Shown one piece after another: positions 27,838-37,789 of a stretch of 64,000 nucleotides of DNA. The stretch spans positions 74,199 to 138,198 of the forward strand of contig JANPLN010000025.1 of assembly GCA_031426555.1 (NCBI GenBank). The letters run 5' to 3'. Within the stretch, counting starts at the first letter, position 1. Every line of letters starts with the position of its first letter. The notes below the pieces were generated by a model that ran no database searches, was not told the DNA's origin, and worked only from the letters and a program-made list of their open reading frames with translations. A program made the position numbers and the translations under genes. Source of the DNA: Bdellovibrionales bacterium. GTDB taxonomy: Bacteria > Bdellovibrionota > Bdellovibrionia > Bdellovibrionales > JAGQZY01.

Positions 27838-30246
27838 ATGGAGACATTAGAAACAACAATGGATACTACAGAGAATTTTACGACAGAAAATTTACAAAAC
27901 GAATCGCAAGAGCCCGTATTAATGCGCGTAAAAAAACGCGACGGCACTTTACAACCTGTGGACGTGACTAAGATCGTTCGCCGCGTGACTCAAAACTCCG
28001 AAGACCTTCGCTTCGTAGACCCCTACCGCGTGGCCATCAAATCTATCAGCGGTCTTTACGACGGTGCCTCCACCAAGGAACTCGATAATCTTTCCATTCA
28101 AACAGCGGCCATGCTGATCGGCGAAGAGCCACAGTACTCCCGGCTTGCCGCCCGTTTGTTGAGTTTATACATCGACGAAGAGGTGCAAAATTTAGGAATC
28201 ACGTCTTTTTACGAAAGTGTTGCCCACGGCTTTAAAAGCGGTTTGATTTCCGAAAAAACAAAAGTATTTGTCGAGGAAAACCGCGCCGTTTTAGAAGCTG
28301 CCATCCAGCCGCATAAAAATAATGCCTTCGAATATTTTGGCCTGCGCACGGTCTACGATCGTTATCTTTTAAAAGATCCACAAAAACGCGACGTGCTCGA
28401 AACTCCCCAGTACTTCTTTATGCGCGTGGCCTGCGGCCTTGCTCATAACGCCGAAGAAGCTGTGGAACTTTACAAACTTGTTTGCACTCTCGATTATTTA
28501 CCGAGTACGCCGACACTTTTTAACTCGGCAACGCTTCATCCACAAATGTCGTCGTGCTATCTTTTGGATTCGCCAAAAGATGATCTCAACTCTATCTACG
28601 ATAAATACAAAGACATCGCGCTGCTTTCAAAATTTGCTGGCGGCATCGGCGTGGCCTTCCATCGTGTTCGCGCTCGCGGCTCGTTGATCAAAGGCACAAA
28701 CGGTCACTCAAACGGCGTCGTTCCGTGGTTAAAAACCTTGGACTCCTCTGTGGCAGCGGTCAATCAAGGTGGAAAACGCAAAGGCGCCTGCTGCGTGTAT
28801 CTCGAAACCTGGCACGCGGATCTCGAGGACTTCCTCGAACTGCGCGATAACACCGGCGACGAAAGCACGCGCACGCACAATTTGAATCTTGCCAACTGGG
28901 TGCCAGATATCTTTATGAAGCGCGTGAAAACCGACGAGATGTGGTCGTTCTTCGATCCAAAAGTTGTTCCCGAGTTTCCAGATCTTTACGGCGCTGAGTT
29001 TGAACGTGCTTACATTCAAGCCGAGAGCGAAGGAAAGTTCTCTCGTCAGGTCAAAGCCCGCGATCTTTACAGCAAGATGATGAAAACCCTTGCCGAAACC
29101 GGCAATGGTTGGATGACGTTTAAAGACGCCTCTAACACCAAGAGCAATCAAACAGCGAAAAAAGAAAACGTGATTCACTTATCCAATCTCTGCACAGAGA
29201 TCCTCGAAGTTACGAACAACGCAGAAACTGCCGTTTGTAATTTGGGCTCTATCAATTTAGGTCAACACGTGACTGAAGACGGAGTTGATTACCATAAAAT
29301 TCGCCGCACCGTTAAAACGGCGGTGAAGTTTTTGGATCGCGTGATCGATATTAACTTTTATCCAATCAACCAAGCCTTGGACTCCAACAACAAATGGCGT
29401 CCCATCGGAATGGGTGCCATGGGTTTACAGGATGTGTTCTTTAAGCTTGGTCTCGCATTTGATAGCGAAGATGCCCGCGTGATCTCTCGTCGGATTCAGG
29501 AAGAAATTTATTTTGCAGCCATCGACATGTCATGCGAACTTGCCGAAAAGTACGGCCCCCACTCCAACTTTGCCGACACTCGCGCCGCTCAGGGCTTGTT
29601 GCAGTTTGATCTTTGGAAAGTGGAACCCGTAAATCAAGAGCGTTGGATTCAATTAAAGGAACGCATTAAAAAGTTTGGTTTGCGGAATTCTTTAGTGATT
29701 GCCATTGCGCCCACGGCCACCATCGCCAGTATTGCTGGTTGCTACGAGGCCATTGAGCCGCAGGTTTCGAATTTGTTTAAGCGCGAAACCTTGTCTGGCG
29801 AATTTTTGCAAATTAACAAGTATCTTGTGCGCGACCTTAAAAAAGTGGGTCTGTGGACCGAAGACGTTCGCAACAAGATCAAAGCGGCAGAGGGCTCTAT
29901 TCAGGAAATTCCCGAAGTTCCTGAAAACTTAAAGTCCATCTATCGCACGGTTTGGGAACTTCCGATGAAGGGCTTGATAGACATGGCTGCCGAGCGCGGC
30001 GCTTTCATTGATCAAAGTCAGTCGCTCAATTTGTTTTTAGAAAACGCGACCATTGGAAAACTATCGTCGATGTACATGTATGCGTGGGAAAAAGGCGTAA
30101 AAACGACTTACTACCTCCGCTCCCGTGCAGCGACGCGAATTACCAAAACGACCATTAAAAATACTCAAGCCAAAAAAGATTACTCCACAGAAGAAGTGAT
30201 TGCCTGTTCCATCGACAACCCTGAAGCCTGCGAGGCCTGTCAGTAA
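27838..30246 (+). CDS. nrdA: Class I ribonucleotide reductase alpha subunit with ATP cone
   Basis: VKKRDG ATP cone, PTLFN..SSC, SNLCTEI, APTATIA, KTTYYLRS, C-terminal CEACQ; GGAGG SD before ATG 27838. Confidence 0.97.
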   Translation: METLETTMDTTENFTTENLQNESQEPVLMRVKKRDGTLQPVDVTKIVRRVTQNSEDLRFVDPYRVAIKSISGLYDGASTKELDNLSIQTAAMLIGEEPQYSRLAARLLSLYIDEEVQNLGITSFYESVAHGFKSGLISEKTKVFVEENRAVLEAAIQPHKNNAFEYFGLRTVYDRYLLKDPQKRDVLETPQYFFMRVACGLAHNAEEAVELYKLVCTLDYLPSTPTLFNSATLHPQMSSCYLLDSPKDDLNSIYDKYKDIALLSKFAGGIGVAFHRVRARGSLIKGTNGHSNGVVPWLKTLDSSVAAVNQGGKRKGACCVYLETWHADLEDFLELRDNTGDESTRTHNLNLANWVPDIFMKRVKTDEMWSFFDPKVVPEFPDLYGAEFERAYIQAESEGKFSRQVKARDLYSKMMKTLAETGNGWMTFKDASNTKSNQTAKKENVIHLSNLCTEILEVTNNAETAVCNLGSINLGQHVTEDGVDYHKIRRTVKTAVKFLDRVIDINFYPINQALDSNNKWRPIGMGAMGLQDVFFKLGLAFDSEDARVISRRIQEEIYFAAIDMSCELAEKYGPHSNFADTRAAQGLLQFDLWKVEPVNQERWIQLKERIKKFGLRNSLVIAIAPTATIASIAGCYEAIEPQVSNLFKRETLSGEFLQINKYLVRDLKKVGLWTEDVRNKIKAAEGSIQEIPEVPENLKSIYRTVWELPMKGLIDMAAERGAFIDQSQSLNLFLENATIGKLSSMYMYAWEKGVKTTYYLRSRAATRITKTTIKNTQAKKDYSTEEVIACSIDNPEACEACQ

Positions 30247-30287
30247 TTGAACTGCGCGGTGGCGCACAGTTTTTAAAAGGAGAATTT

Positions 30288-31286
30288 ATGATTTTAGATC
30301 CCGGTTTTAATTTAACTCTTAGACCTATGAAATATCCGATCTTTTACGAAATGTACAAGAACGCGATCAAAAATACTTGGACTGTTGAGGAAGTGGATTT
30401 CTCGCGCGACATTAACGATCTTCGATCGAAAATGTCGCCTGCCGAGCGCCACCTCATCAACCGGCTTGTGGCGTTTTTTGCCACGGGGGATTCCATTGTC
30501 GGTAACAACCTTGTGTTGAACCTGTACAAACACATCAACAGCCCTGAGGCGCGATTGTATCTTTCACGCCAGTTGTACGAAGAGGCGTTGCACGTGCAGT
30601 TTTACCTCACCTTGCTCGACACTTACATCCCCGATGTGAACGAACGCGTAAAAGCATTTTCTGCCATCGACAACATTCCGTCGATCCAGAAAAAAGCACA
30701 GTTCTGTTTTAAGTGGATGGGTTCCATCGACAAAATGGATCGTATTGAATCAGTGGAAGATCGCAGAAAGTTCTTAATGAACCTCGCCTGCTTTGCCACG
30801 TGTGTTGAAGGCTTGTTCTTCTTCGGTGCCTTTGCCTACGTTTACTTTTTAAGATCCAAAGGTCTTCTCGACGGCCTGGCCTCGGGAACCAACTGGGTGT
30901 TTCGCGACGAAAGCGCCCATATGAACTTCGCCTTCGAAGTGATCGAAATCGCTCGCCAAGAGGACCCAACCATTTTCACACCACAGATGAACGATATGAT
31001 CGTACAAATGATCTCCGAAGCTGTTGAATGTGAAATGGCGTTTGCGGATGATGTGCTGGATTTGGGTATTGCGGGGATGTCGAAAAAAGACATGCGTCAG
31101 TACTTACAATATATCGCCGATCAGCGCCTCGAAGCTTTGCACATCCCTGCCAAGTTCAATTCGAAAAATCCATTTTCGTTTTTAGAACTCCAAGATGTAC
31201 AAGAGCTCACGAACTTCTTCGAACGTAAAGTGGTGGCCTACCAAATGGGTGTCACCGGCGACGTGAACTTCGACGAAAGCTTCTAA
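30288..31286 (+). CDS. nrdB: Class I ribonucleotide reductase beta subunit
   Basis: W..EEVD, EEALH, VEGLFF, RDESAH, NFFERKV..Y; AAGGAG SD. Confidence 0.97.
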   Translation: MILDPGFNLTLRPMKYPIFYEMYKNAIKNTWTVEEVDFSRDINDLRSKMSPAERHLINRLVAFFATGDSIVGNNLVLNLYKHINSPEARLYLSRQLYEEALHVQFYLTLLDTYIPDVNERVKAFSAIDNIPSIQKKAQFCFKWMGSIDKMDRIESVEDRRKFLMNLACFATCVEGLFFFGAFAYVYFLRSKGLLDGLASGTNWVFRDESAHMNFAFEVIEIARQEDPTIFTPQMNDMIVQMISEAVECEMAFADDVLDLGIAGMSKKDMRQYLQYIADQRLEALHIPAKFNSKNPFSFLELQDVQELTNFFERKVVAYQMGVTGDVNFDESF

Positions 31287-31304
31287 AAGGCAATAGGTAA
31301 CTAG

Positions 31305-31347
31305 AAAATAAAAAAGCCTCGTTTGTAGCGAGGCTTTTTTTTATTTT
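31305..31347. terminator. Bidirectional intrinsic terminator after nrdB
   Basis: A-tract, gcctcg...cgaggc stem, T-tract, between convergent genes. Confidence 0.85.
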
Positions 31348-31389
31348 AACTTGTCCTAACAACTCTTAGTTGGGAGTTGGGTCGTTCGT

Positions 31390-31755
31390 TTACTTAACGA
31401 CGACTGAATAGCCCTCAGGGAGCAAAAGACGAACCGTTGTGCCAGCTTCAGTTTTATAAACCTTTTCTGATACGATTGTTTCCTGAGTTGTTTTGTTGTT
31501 TGAACAACCCACAACTGTTTGCATGGTTTGAAGTTCTGGCTCGTAAAGCTTTCCGCCTTTATATTTCTTAGAAACCAGCGTTAGCGTCTCTCCCGCTATG
31601 CCCACAGAATTGCATGAGTCTGCCGTGTACTCGAGAGCGATTTGAAACTGAACAACCTCGCCAGTTGATACAGTTACGATTTCCATTTTTTCACCGGCGA
31701 AGGCCGAGGTGATCGCAGTTAATGTGATGGCCGCAAATACGATTAAATTGTTCAT
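31390..31755 (-). CDS. Small exported hypothetical protein
   Basis: AGGAGA SD; signal MNNLIVFAAITLTAITSAFA; Cys pair (DSCN, QTVVGC). Confidence 0.7.
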   Translation of the reverse strand: MNNLIVFAAITLTAITSAFAGEKMEIVTVSTGEVVQFQIALEYTADSCNSVGIAGETLTLVSKKYKGGKLYEPELQTMQTVVGCSNNKTTQETIVSEKVYKTEAGTTVRLLLPEGYSVVVK

Positions 31756-31850
31756 GAGTTCTCCTAAAGTTAGCCAGGCGTTTGCCGGGGCCGTTGGTTT
31801 CTCCCCATAAAGCACGCCTCATCGGAATGCGTCAATTAACCTTGTAAAGG

Positions 31851-32327
31851 TTACTTACAAGGGGACGTGTCCAGAGGCATCTGATCTCTCACATGACTCT
31901 GAATATACTCGCGAAGCACATCGGCTTCGGCGCCAGGAACACATATGAGCGTTTTTTTCATATTTCCTGTTCCAACCAAAGTGTAAAGAAGGGCGCTATA
32001 CCCATCGCTTGTGTAAATTGTCGCTTCACCAAAAGGTCCGCCGAGGGCTGCATCGATGCCCTCCACTGTCAGCAGTTCGAATTGGGCCACGGTATCGATC
32101 TGCGCGATCAGCAACTGAACTTCAAAGGGCGATAATTTTTCGTCCTCAAGAAAAGTCGTCTGGCCCATAAGAGACTCCTGTCGCATGACAGTTCCATCGG
32201 AAAGCACCACGAAGCCGCTGCGGGTGATTTGATTGCCCATCTCGTACCTCAGCAAAATTCGCGTGGTCTCTGCGCCAGCGGAATCATATGAACAAAATAG
32301 CATCAAAAATCCTAAAATTGATCTCAT
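31851..32327 (-). CDS. Small exported hypothetical protein
   Basis: Signal-like N-terminus MRSILGFLMLFC..AGA. Confidence 0.6.
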   Translation of the reverse strand: MRSILGFLMLFCSYDSAGAETTRILLRYEMGNQITRSGFVVLSDGTVMRQESLMGQTTFLEDEKLSPFEVQLLIAQIDTVAQFELLTVEGIDAALGGPFGEATIYTSDGYSALLYTLVGTGNMKKTLICVPGAEADVLREYIQSHVRDQMPLDTSPCK

Positions 32328-32353
32328 CGGAAACACCTTTTGTTGAAATATTT

Positions 32354-32390
32354 AAAAAAAAGGCCTCGGAGTTAACCAAAGGCCTTTTAT
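32354..32390 (-). terminator. Intrinsic terminator
   Basis: Minus strand aggcctttgg-ttaact-ccgaggcct followed by a T-tract. Confidence 0.7.
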
Positions 32391-32421
32391 TCAATCTAAA
32401 ATTTTTCGACCGTCTGCAGTC

Positions 32422-32757
32422 TTAATCGCAGAATAGACTGCCCTGAACTGGCAATACCGATGGAGTTTGTTGAGGGCGGATCACAACATCAAAGGAGCAG
32501 GCCTCTACGAAAACTTGAAAAGTTCCGTTACTTTTTGAAATACCCATGATTGGACCTAGGTTATATTTTTTAAGATAAGCTTTTACGTTTTTGCTATTTA
32601 CAATCATTTGGCCTTGGGCTTGAAGTTTGGCTTGAGCTTGAGCATCCGTTTTTCCGGTGTACTCTTCTGGCCACCATAAATTTGGAAGGTCCATACTCCA
32701 TTGAGCGCTGGCGGCTGCAGAGAACGCAAGAACGGCTGCGAATACGATTTTTTTCAT
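32422..32757 (-). CDS. Small exported hypothetical protein
   Basis: AGGAG SD; signal MKKIVFAAVLAFSAAASA. Confidence 0.75.
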   Translation of the reverse strand: MKKIVFAAVLAFSAAASAQWSMDLPNLWWPEEYTGKTDAQAQAKLQAQGQMIVNSKNVKAYLKKYNLGPIMGISKSNGTFQVFVEACSFDVVIRPQQTPSVLPVQGSLFCD

Positions 32758-32888
32758 AATAACTCCTGTTAGTTTTAATTATTTGTTTGTTTTAAAAAAC
32801 CCCTATGGCGCAAAGGAATAGCAATCTTTCCAGGGCAGTGCCAGAAAAATACCGGAAAATTGTATTTCTATAAGTTTTACAGATTCTA

Positions 32889-32913
32889 GGTCCTTCGCTT
32901 CGCTCAGGATGAC
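32889..32913. repeat. REP-like motif (CCTTCGCTTCGCTCAGGATGAC), single half-site
   Basis: Matches a widespread intergenic palindrome family recalled as GTCATCCTGAGCGAAGCGAAGGA; lies 3 bp past the folE2 stop. Confidence 0.55.
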
Positions 32914-32916
32914 GGA

Positions 32917-33789
32917 TTAGAGGCCTTTTGTGATCACACCGACGGCGTTGTGTTGGTGGAGGCTTTCGAAATGGTGGGCTTTGATTTTGAAGTTTTTGAG
33001 CTCGTCGTATTGATTCAGCGCTTGTTGCATACGACGAAGGGCATCTTCGACAAACATCAAATTTTCGCCGTTAAGACGAGCAAATTCCTGCTCGTCTTCG
33101 CGCTTCACCGCAGTTTGCACAGGCGTTTTAAGGGCCCCTTCGATGGCGTCGATAAACTTAAGAATATCGATGCTCTCTTGGCCGTCTTTAAAAATTAAAT
33201 TTACATCGGCGCGGCTTCGTTGGCTGTGGGGAGAGGCAATTTGATTTTGCCCTAGCCAATTATAGATCTCGTCGAAGTGAATGGGATTTTTTGAAAACTG
33301 TTTTTTGAAAGCATTTTGCACAAGCTGGCGAGCCAGCGCAGCCGAACATGGACATGTGCTTGAATAGTACGCGCTAAAACCAAACTTCATTTTGAAATCA
33401 TTGTTCTTTTGTACAAGAACTAACTGCATGGGATAGGTCTTCCACCCTTTGTTGTCGCTAATGAGGGCTTTGCGCTGTATGGGCTGCTGCCAACGAAGAG
33501 TCACACGGGCTTGATCGCTGAGACCTTGTTGTGAAGTGATGAGCTCCCGCATGGCTGTTCTCAAAACCGGAAGAGTTAATTTTTGCTTGAGAAGTTTTTC
33601 ACCGACCGCCAAAAACAAGCGCGACATATGAATGCCTTTAGCACTGGGATTTAAAATATTAACGTGCACGCGAGCTTTGGCTACGCACGACTCCCCCATA
33701 AATTCGAAGGGAAGAGTGATCTCATCCATCCCCACCCAATCGATGGGGCTGTAGATCACTGAGCTAGAGTGAGAGGCAATATCTGGCAT
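32917..33789 (-). CDS. folE2: GTP cyclohydrolase I type B (FolE2)
   Basis: IDWVGM, KGIHMSRL, SSTCPCS, PHSQRS, VKREDE, FVEDA, ESLHQHNA. Confidence 0.95.
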   Translation of the reverse strand: MPDIASHSSSVIYSPIDWVGMDEITLPFEFMGESCVAKARVHVNILNPSAKGIHMSRLFLAVGEKLLKQKLTLPVLRTAMRELITSQQGLSDQARVTLRWQQPIQRKALISDNKGWKTYPMQLVLVQKNNDFKMKFGFSAYYSSTCPCSAALARQLVQNAFKKQFSKNPIHFDEIYNWLGQNQIASPHSQRSRADVNLIFKDGQESIDILKFIDAIEGALKTPVQTAVKREDEQEFARLNGENLMFVEDALRRMQQALNQYDELKNFKIKAHHFESLHQHNAVGVITKGL

Positions 33790-33949
33790 CTCGCCTTTAT
33801 TTACTTTTTTCATCAGCATAAATCTCGCATCCTCACTCACATATTGTGTCTTTATTGCAATTTGTCGAGGTGAAGTCAAATTTCGCACGTTTTACGAGTC
33901 AGATCGTACAATAGTTTACGGCAATGTAAACAAAAATTGAACAAGACAT

Positions 33950-33977
33950 AAAAAAAGGGAGCTTTTTAAGCTCCCTT
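33950..33977 (-). terminator. Intrinsic terminator with no protein gene directly upstream
   Basis: Minus strand aagggagctt-aaa-aagctccctt plus T-tract, inside a divergent intergenic region. Confidence 0.8.
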
Positions 33978-34016
33978 CAAGCAACTAACTCTAATTTAAG
34001 GAGAACATATCTAATG
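33950..34016 (-). ncRNA. Candidate sRNA with anti-Shine-Dalgarno motif
   Basis: Short unit between a sigma54-like promoter (34028-34044) and the terminator; contains UUCUCCUU. Confidence 0.4.
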
Positions 34017-34027
34017 GCAAAATCAGT

Positions 34028-34044
34028 ATGCCACGATCATGCCT
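34028..34044 (-). promoter_or_regulatory. Sigma54-like -24/-12 promoter
   Basis: Minus strand aGGcatgatcgtgGCat, i.e. GG-N10-GC, close to consensus TGGCACG-N4-TTGC. Confidence 0.4.
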
Positions 34045-34089
34045 CATCTCAAAGTTTATCACTTAGCATTAGGACCTTATTTCTAAACA

Positions 34090-34109
34090 GGGTTTTCAAT
34101 TGAAAACCC
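34090..34109. promoter_or_regulatory. Perfect 20 bp palindrome, likely transcription-factor site
   Basis: gggttttcaattgaaaaccc in a divergent intergenic region. Confidence 0.5.
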
Positions 34110-34168
34110 GTTGAATTTTTACAACCTTTGTCTAGACTAACAGTAAGCACCAACCAGGACGGAGCCCC

Positions 34169-35713
34169 ATGAAGAAACTAATTCTATTTATTTGCAGTTT
34201 TCCGGTTTTTGCCTACGCAAACGTCGTTGGTGTGGATACGCAAAACTTCAACCCCACCACAAGTGGCTTAGACTTCGTGACTGTGCATTCCTCAAAGACT
34301 TTGTCGCCAGGCGTAATAAATTTTGGCTTCTTCTTAAACTACGCTGTAAACACTCTGCCTAATTATGAGGACACAAGCACCGCCAGTCGATTTGAGCCCA
34401 AAGACTCCCTGCTCTCCATGGATCTCAACATGGGTTTTGGAATTTTAAACAACTGGGACGTGGGGATCAGTCTTCCCCAAGTGCTCTCGCAAACAGTGGA
34501 CGAAAACTCCACCGCCTTTCGCGGCCAGTTTGAGCAAACGGGGATCAACGAAGTTCGCCTCAACACCAAGTATCGCATCTGGGATGCGATGTCGCAGGGA
34601 ATTGCGGTGATCGGCTCGGTAAACTTTTTTCTGATCGAAAACTTTCCATTCACTGGCGACCAACCCGGCCCCACCTACAACCTCGAAGTGGCTTACGACA
34701 ACACCATCAATCAATTCACTTGGGGCATAAACCTTGGGTACCGCGCCCGCGATCCAGGAACTCCCATTACCATCGGAACAACGACGATTCAGCCCTTTGG
34801 CAATCAGTACCTGGCATCGGTGGCAGGAAGTTACTACTTTACAGATTGGGATTTTAAATTGATCGGCGAAATCTATGGCGCCATCCCCGCAGAGGAGATC
34901 GCCTTTACGTCGGATCGCGATCAATCCGTGGCCGAAGTGCTTTTGGGCGCCAAGTGGGACATGATGTACGATATCGCCGCGCACTTTGGCATTGGCTCCG
35001 AAATCGTGCACGGCACGGCTTCGCCCGACTGGCGCGCCTATGCCGGTATCAATTGGACTTTTGGACCAATCTTTTCGTCGGGCGAAGATGCGCAAGCCTC
35101 TGACTATATAGTGGACGAACTCAATGAAGAGATGGCCAATGTAGGAGAAGCAGCTCCGGCGCCCGAAGCCCCCGTCGCCGCTCCCGATTACACCTATATC
35201 GACGAGCCAGACGCCTTCATGGCCGCTGCTCCAAAAACTGACGAGCGGTTTCTCGCCAAAAATATTTTGTTTGAGTTTAACGGCACCTCTGTGCGCGAAG
35301 ACTTTAAGCCCTACTTGAAAAAATTGGCCGATTATTTATTAAAGGGCAACGGCTTTAAGAAGCTAGTTGTCATTGGTCACACCGACTCCGTGGCAAGCGA
35401 CAGTTATAATTTGAATTTAAGCATCAAACGCTCACGCTCGGTGGCCGAAGTGATCAAGGGCTATTTACCGCCTGAACATCGCGAAAAAGTTCGCGCCGAG
35501 GGCGAAGGCGAACGGAGCCCCATTGCCAGTAATCGCAATTATCAGGGCCGCGCTTTAAACAGACGCGTGGAATTTTTTGTAAAACGTGAGGGCGCCGCCG
35601 AAATGGAATCTGCAGGAGTGCTCAACTCAGCAACTCAGCTTGGAGCAAACCCAGGCAAAGCCGCAGCACCCACGTATCCAAAACCGAAACCAGCTCGGAA
35701 GCGCAAAAAATAA
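34169..35713 (+). CDS. OmpA-family outer-membrane protein (N-terminal barrel plus C-terminal peptidoglycan-binding domain)
   Basis: Signal peptide; GHTDS...YNLNLS..R; GRALNRRVEF. Confidence 0.88.
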   Translation: MKKLILFICSFPVFAYANVVGVDTQNFNPTTSGLDFVTVHSSKTLSPGVINFGFFLNYAVNTLPNYEDTSTASRFEPKDSLLSMDLNMGFGILNNWDVGISLPQVLSQTVDENSTAFRGQFEQTGINEVRLNTKYRIWDAMSQGIAVIGSVNFFLIENFPFTGDQPGPTYNLEVAYDNTINQFTWGINLGYRARDPGTPITIGTTTIQPFGNQYLASVAGSYYFTDWDFKLIGEIYGAIPAEEIAFTSDRDQSVAEVLLGAKWDMMYDIAAHFGIGSEIVHGTASPDWRAYAGINWTFGPIFSSGEDAQASDYIVDELNEEMANVGEAAPAPEAPVAAPDYTYIDEPDAFMAAAPKTDERFLAKNILFEFNGTSVREDFKPYLKKLADYLLKGNGFKKLVVIGHTDSVASDSYNLNLSIKRSRSVAEVIKGYLPPEHREKVRAEGEGERSPIASNRNYQGRALNRRVEFFVKREGAAEMESAGVLNSATQLGANPGKAAAPTYPKPKPARKRKK

Positions 35714-36171
35714 TGTCGAAGGAGCTTCACGCCGCGCCACCGCGGTGGCCGTGGGTTTTGTTTGGTTTATTTTTTTTGCTGTTCGGTGGGTCTTTACTTT
35801 ATAGCGCTCACTACCGTGACGGCCAGCCATCGGCCGCGCAGCTAAACCCCAGCGAGCTCGATAAAATTATAAAATCACCTGATCTACAATTAGCAAACGT
35901 CCTCTACCAATCTCGCTGCGCTGTTTGTCACGGCGAACTTTTGCAAGGAAGATCGGGGCCGAACTTGACCGATGCCTACTGGATTTATGGCAAAGGAACC
36001 GCCACTGAAATCATTCATATTTTGCGAGTGGGCGTGATCACCAAGGGAATGCCCGCCTGGGAAAATGTCCTGCAAGAAACTGAAATGGCGCAACTCACCG
36101 CCTTGATTCTTACCAAGCAGGATTCAAACCCACCAGGCGCCAAGGCGCCTCAGGGTGTAAAAACGCGGTGA
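35713..36171 (+). CDS. Membrane-anchored cytochrome c (CcoP/cbb3 subunit III-like domain)
   Basis: TM helix; CAVCHG; GPNLTDAYWIYG; KGMPAW. Confidence 0.85.
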   Translation: MSKELHAAPPRWPWVLFGLFFLLFGGSLLYSAHYRDGQPSAAQLNPSELDKIIKSPDLQLANVLYQSRCAVCHGELLQGRSGPNLTDAYWIYGKGTATEIIHILRVGVITKGMPAWENVLQETEMAQLTALILTKQDSNPPGAKAPQGVKTR

Positions 36172-36178
36172 TTGTAAG

Positions 36179-37780
36179 TTAGTCTTCGCACATAGGAATG
36201 GAAACCTCGTTAGCTCCGGCTGTATTCCCATCGATAAAATCTTCATTAAAATAAAGCGACGAGTCCGTGGAGTTGGGATCCAAAAGCTGATCCAGCTTTC
36301 GCCCCTCATTAAAAAACTTAGTACAATAAAACGAGTACTTTGCATATAAACAATCACCCATCTCATCATAAATTTTTTCGTTTAACTGCAAAAGTTCATC
36401 TCTCTTACCTGCGTCGAGTCGTTGAAGACGCGCTTTAAAAATATTGCTTCGTTGATCAAAACGCGCGCTAAAACTCAATCGCGCCGGCTTTAATGGGGCG
36501 ACTAACAATGTCGACGGAAGCATTTTGTAATCGATGTAGTTGGAATAGAAACCGGGCATGTAAAAAACAAATGGTCCACGTGTACGCATCGCTACCGAAA
36601 TACAGCGCGGGGTTTTTGGAAAACGATTTCGCAGTTCATGCTGCACGACTGTTTCGGTAACGGGCAAACTCATCACCTCAGCAATTTCATCAAAAGCTTC
36701 AGATTGGAAAATCGAATTCATAAAATGAGTATTGAAGTCTTCCCATTGAACTTGGGTGGCCTCGGCAAGTAAACTTTCATACTTTTCTTGCTCCGGGGCC
36801 TGCACCTGTTTCGCGTAGATCATTGTAAACCAATCTCCGATTGCAGACTGCCGCTCGTTTTTATCGTCGAATACACAGGCCGGGCTAGGCTGCTCATTGA
36901 GATTTGCAATACAGTGCGCGTTTGTTCCGCCGGCGTACTTGTTGTCGATGGATTGGCTCTGTCCCATGAACCCCCATATGTTGGAGCTTTTTTCAACGGC
37001 CATGCTGATAGCTCCCATTAAACGCTGATCGGCGCTTAAAATACCAGTGCCCGAATTACCGTGAATCACTTCGGTATCACACACCAGAGACACCAAAGGA
37101 TTCTGTGCGTGCACATAATACGTCGAGTACAAGCTATTCATTTTGGAGGTGCAAGAAATTTTTCGGATTTTTCCCGTGATGGAAAATGTTGTTGAGTTGC
37201 CATTGCTTTGAATAACCGATCGAGAAAAATAAACAGGAAATGCGCTGATCACTGTGTCTTTGGGAATTCCCTCTGTTTTTATACTCACTGGCGCACGGGT
37301 GGAGTTAGAAACCAGCTCGAGAACAGCCCAGTCGGGATGCAAGGACGCTGTAGCTGTATAGGCAGCACTCAAATCTAAAACCGACTTGCACTTTATTTTT
37401 TCTGCGGGTTTGTTGAGAGTCGGCGGAAAAAATACTGTGATGTTGCTACACGCAGCTCCTTTGCTTAAGGCATTGTCGGGCAAACAGTGCCTGTTGGTTA
37501 AAACTTTGTTGGGGGCAATCAGTGTTTGGGAACACGTTCCCCCCTCATAACTTGTCGAGTAATAGGACTTTTTGGTTTCTATAAAAAATAATCCGCCTGA
37601 AGCCTCTGGGCAGCCACCGGGAGTTTCGCAGTTGACTGAGAGGCTACTTAAAACCTGCTGCGCTTGTTGTTCGTTAGCAAAATCAAAGCGGTAAACATGT
37701 TTTGGCTTTTCCGCCTCCAGACATTGGGTCAGCAGGGGAAGGGCTAAGCAGAAAAACAAAAAGCGTGTGCGTAAAAACAT
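36179..37780 (-). CDS. Trypsin-like serine protease, probable lipoprotein
   Basis: LTQC lipobox-like; LTNRHC (His), PDWAVL (Asp), HGNSGT (Ser). Confidence 0.8.
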   Translation of the reverse strand: MFLRTRFLFFCLALPLLTQCLEAEKPKHVYRFDFANEQQAQQVLSSLSVNCETPGGCPEASGGLFFIETKKSYYSTSYEGGTCSQTLIAPNKVLTNRHCLPDNALSKGAACSNITVFFPPTLNKPAEKIKCKSVLDLSAAYTATASLHPDWAVLELVSNSTRAPVSIKTEGIPKDTVISAFPVYFSRSVIQSNGNSTTFSITGKIRKISCTSKMNSLYSTYYVHAQNPLVSLVCDTEVIHGNSGTGILSADQRLMGAISMAVEKSSNIWGFMGQSQSIDNKYAGGTNAHCIANLNEQPSPACVFDDKNERQSAIGDWFTMIYAKQVQAPEQEKYESLLAEATQVQWEDFNTHFMNSIFQSEAFDEIAEVMSLPVTETVVQHELRNRFPKTPRCISVAMRTRGPFVFYMPGFYSNYIDYKMLPSTLLVAPLKPARLSFSARFDQRSNIFKARLQRLDAGKRDELLQLNEKIYDEMGDCLYAKYSFYCTKFFNEGRKLDQLLDPNSTDSSLYFNEDFIDGNTAGANEVSIPMCED

Positions 37781-37789
37781 AGAAACCTC

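Noticed and set aside
33834..33850. NrdR-box-like word upstream of folE2
   Set aside because: Only half of the palindrome matches and there is no tandem second box
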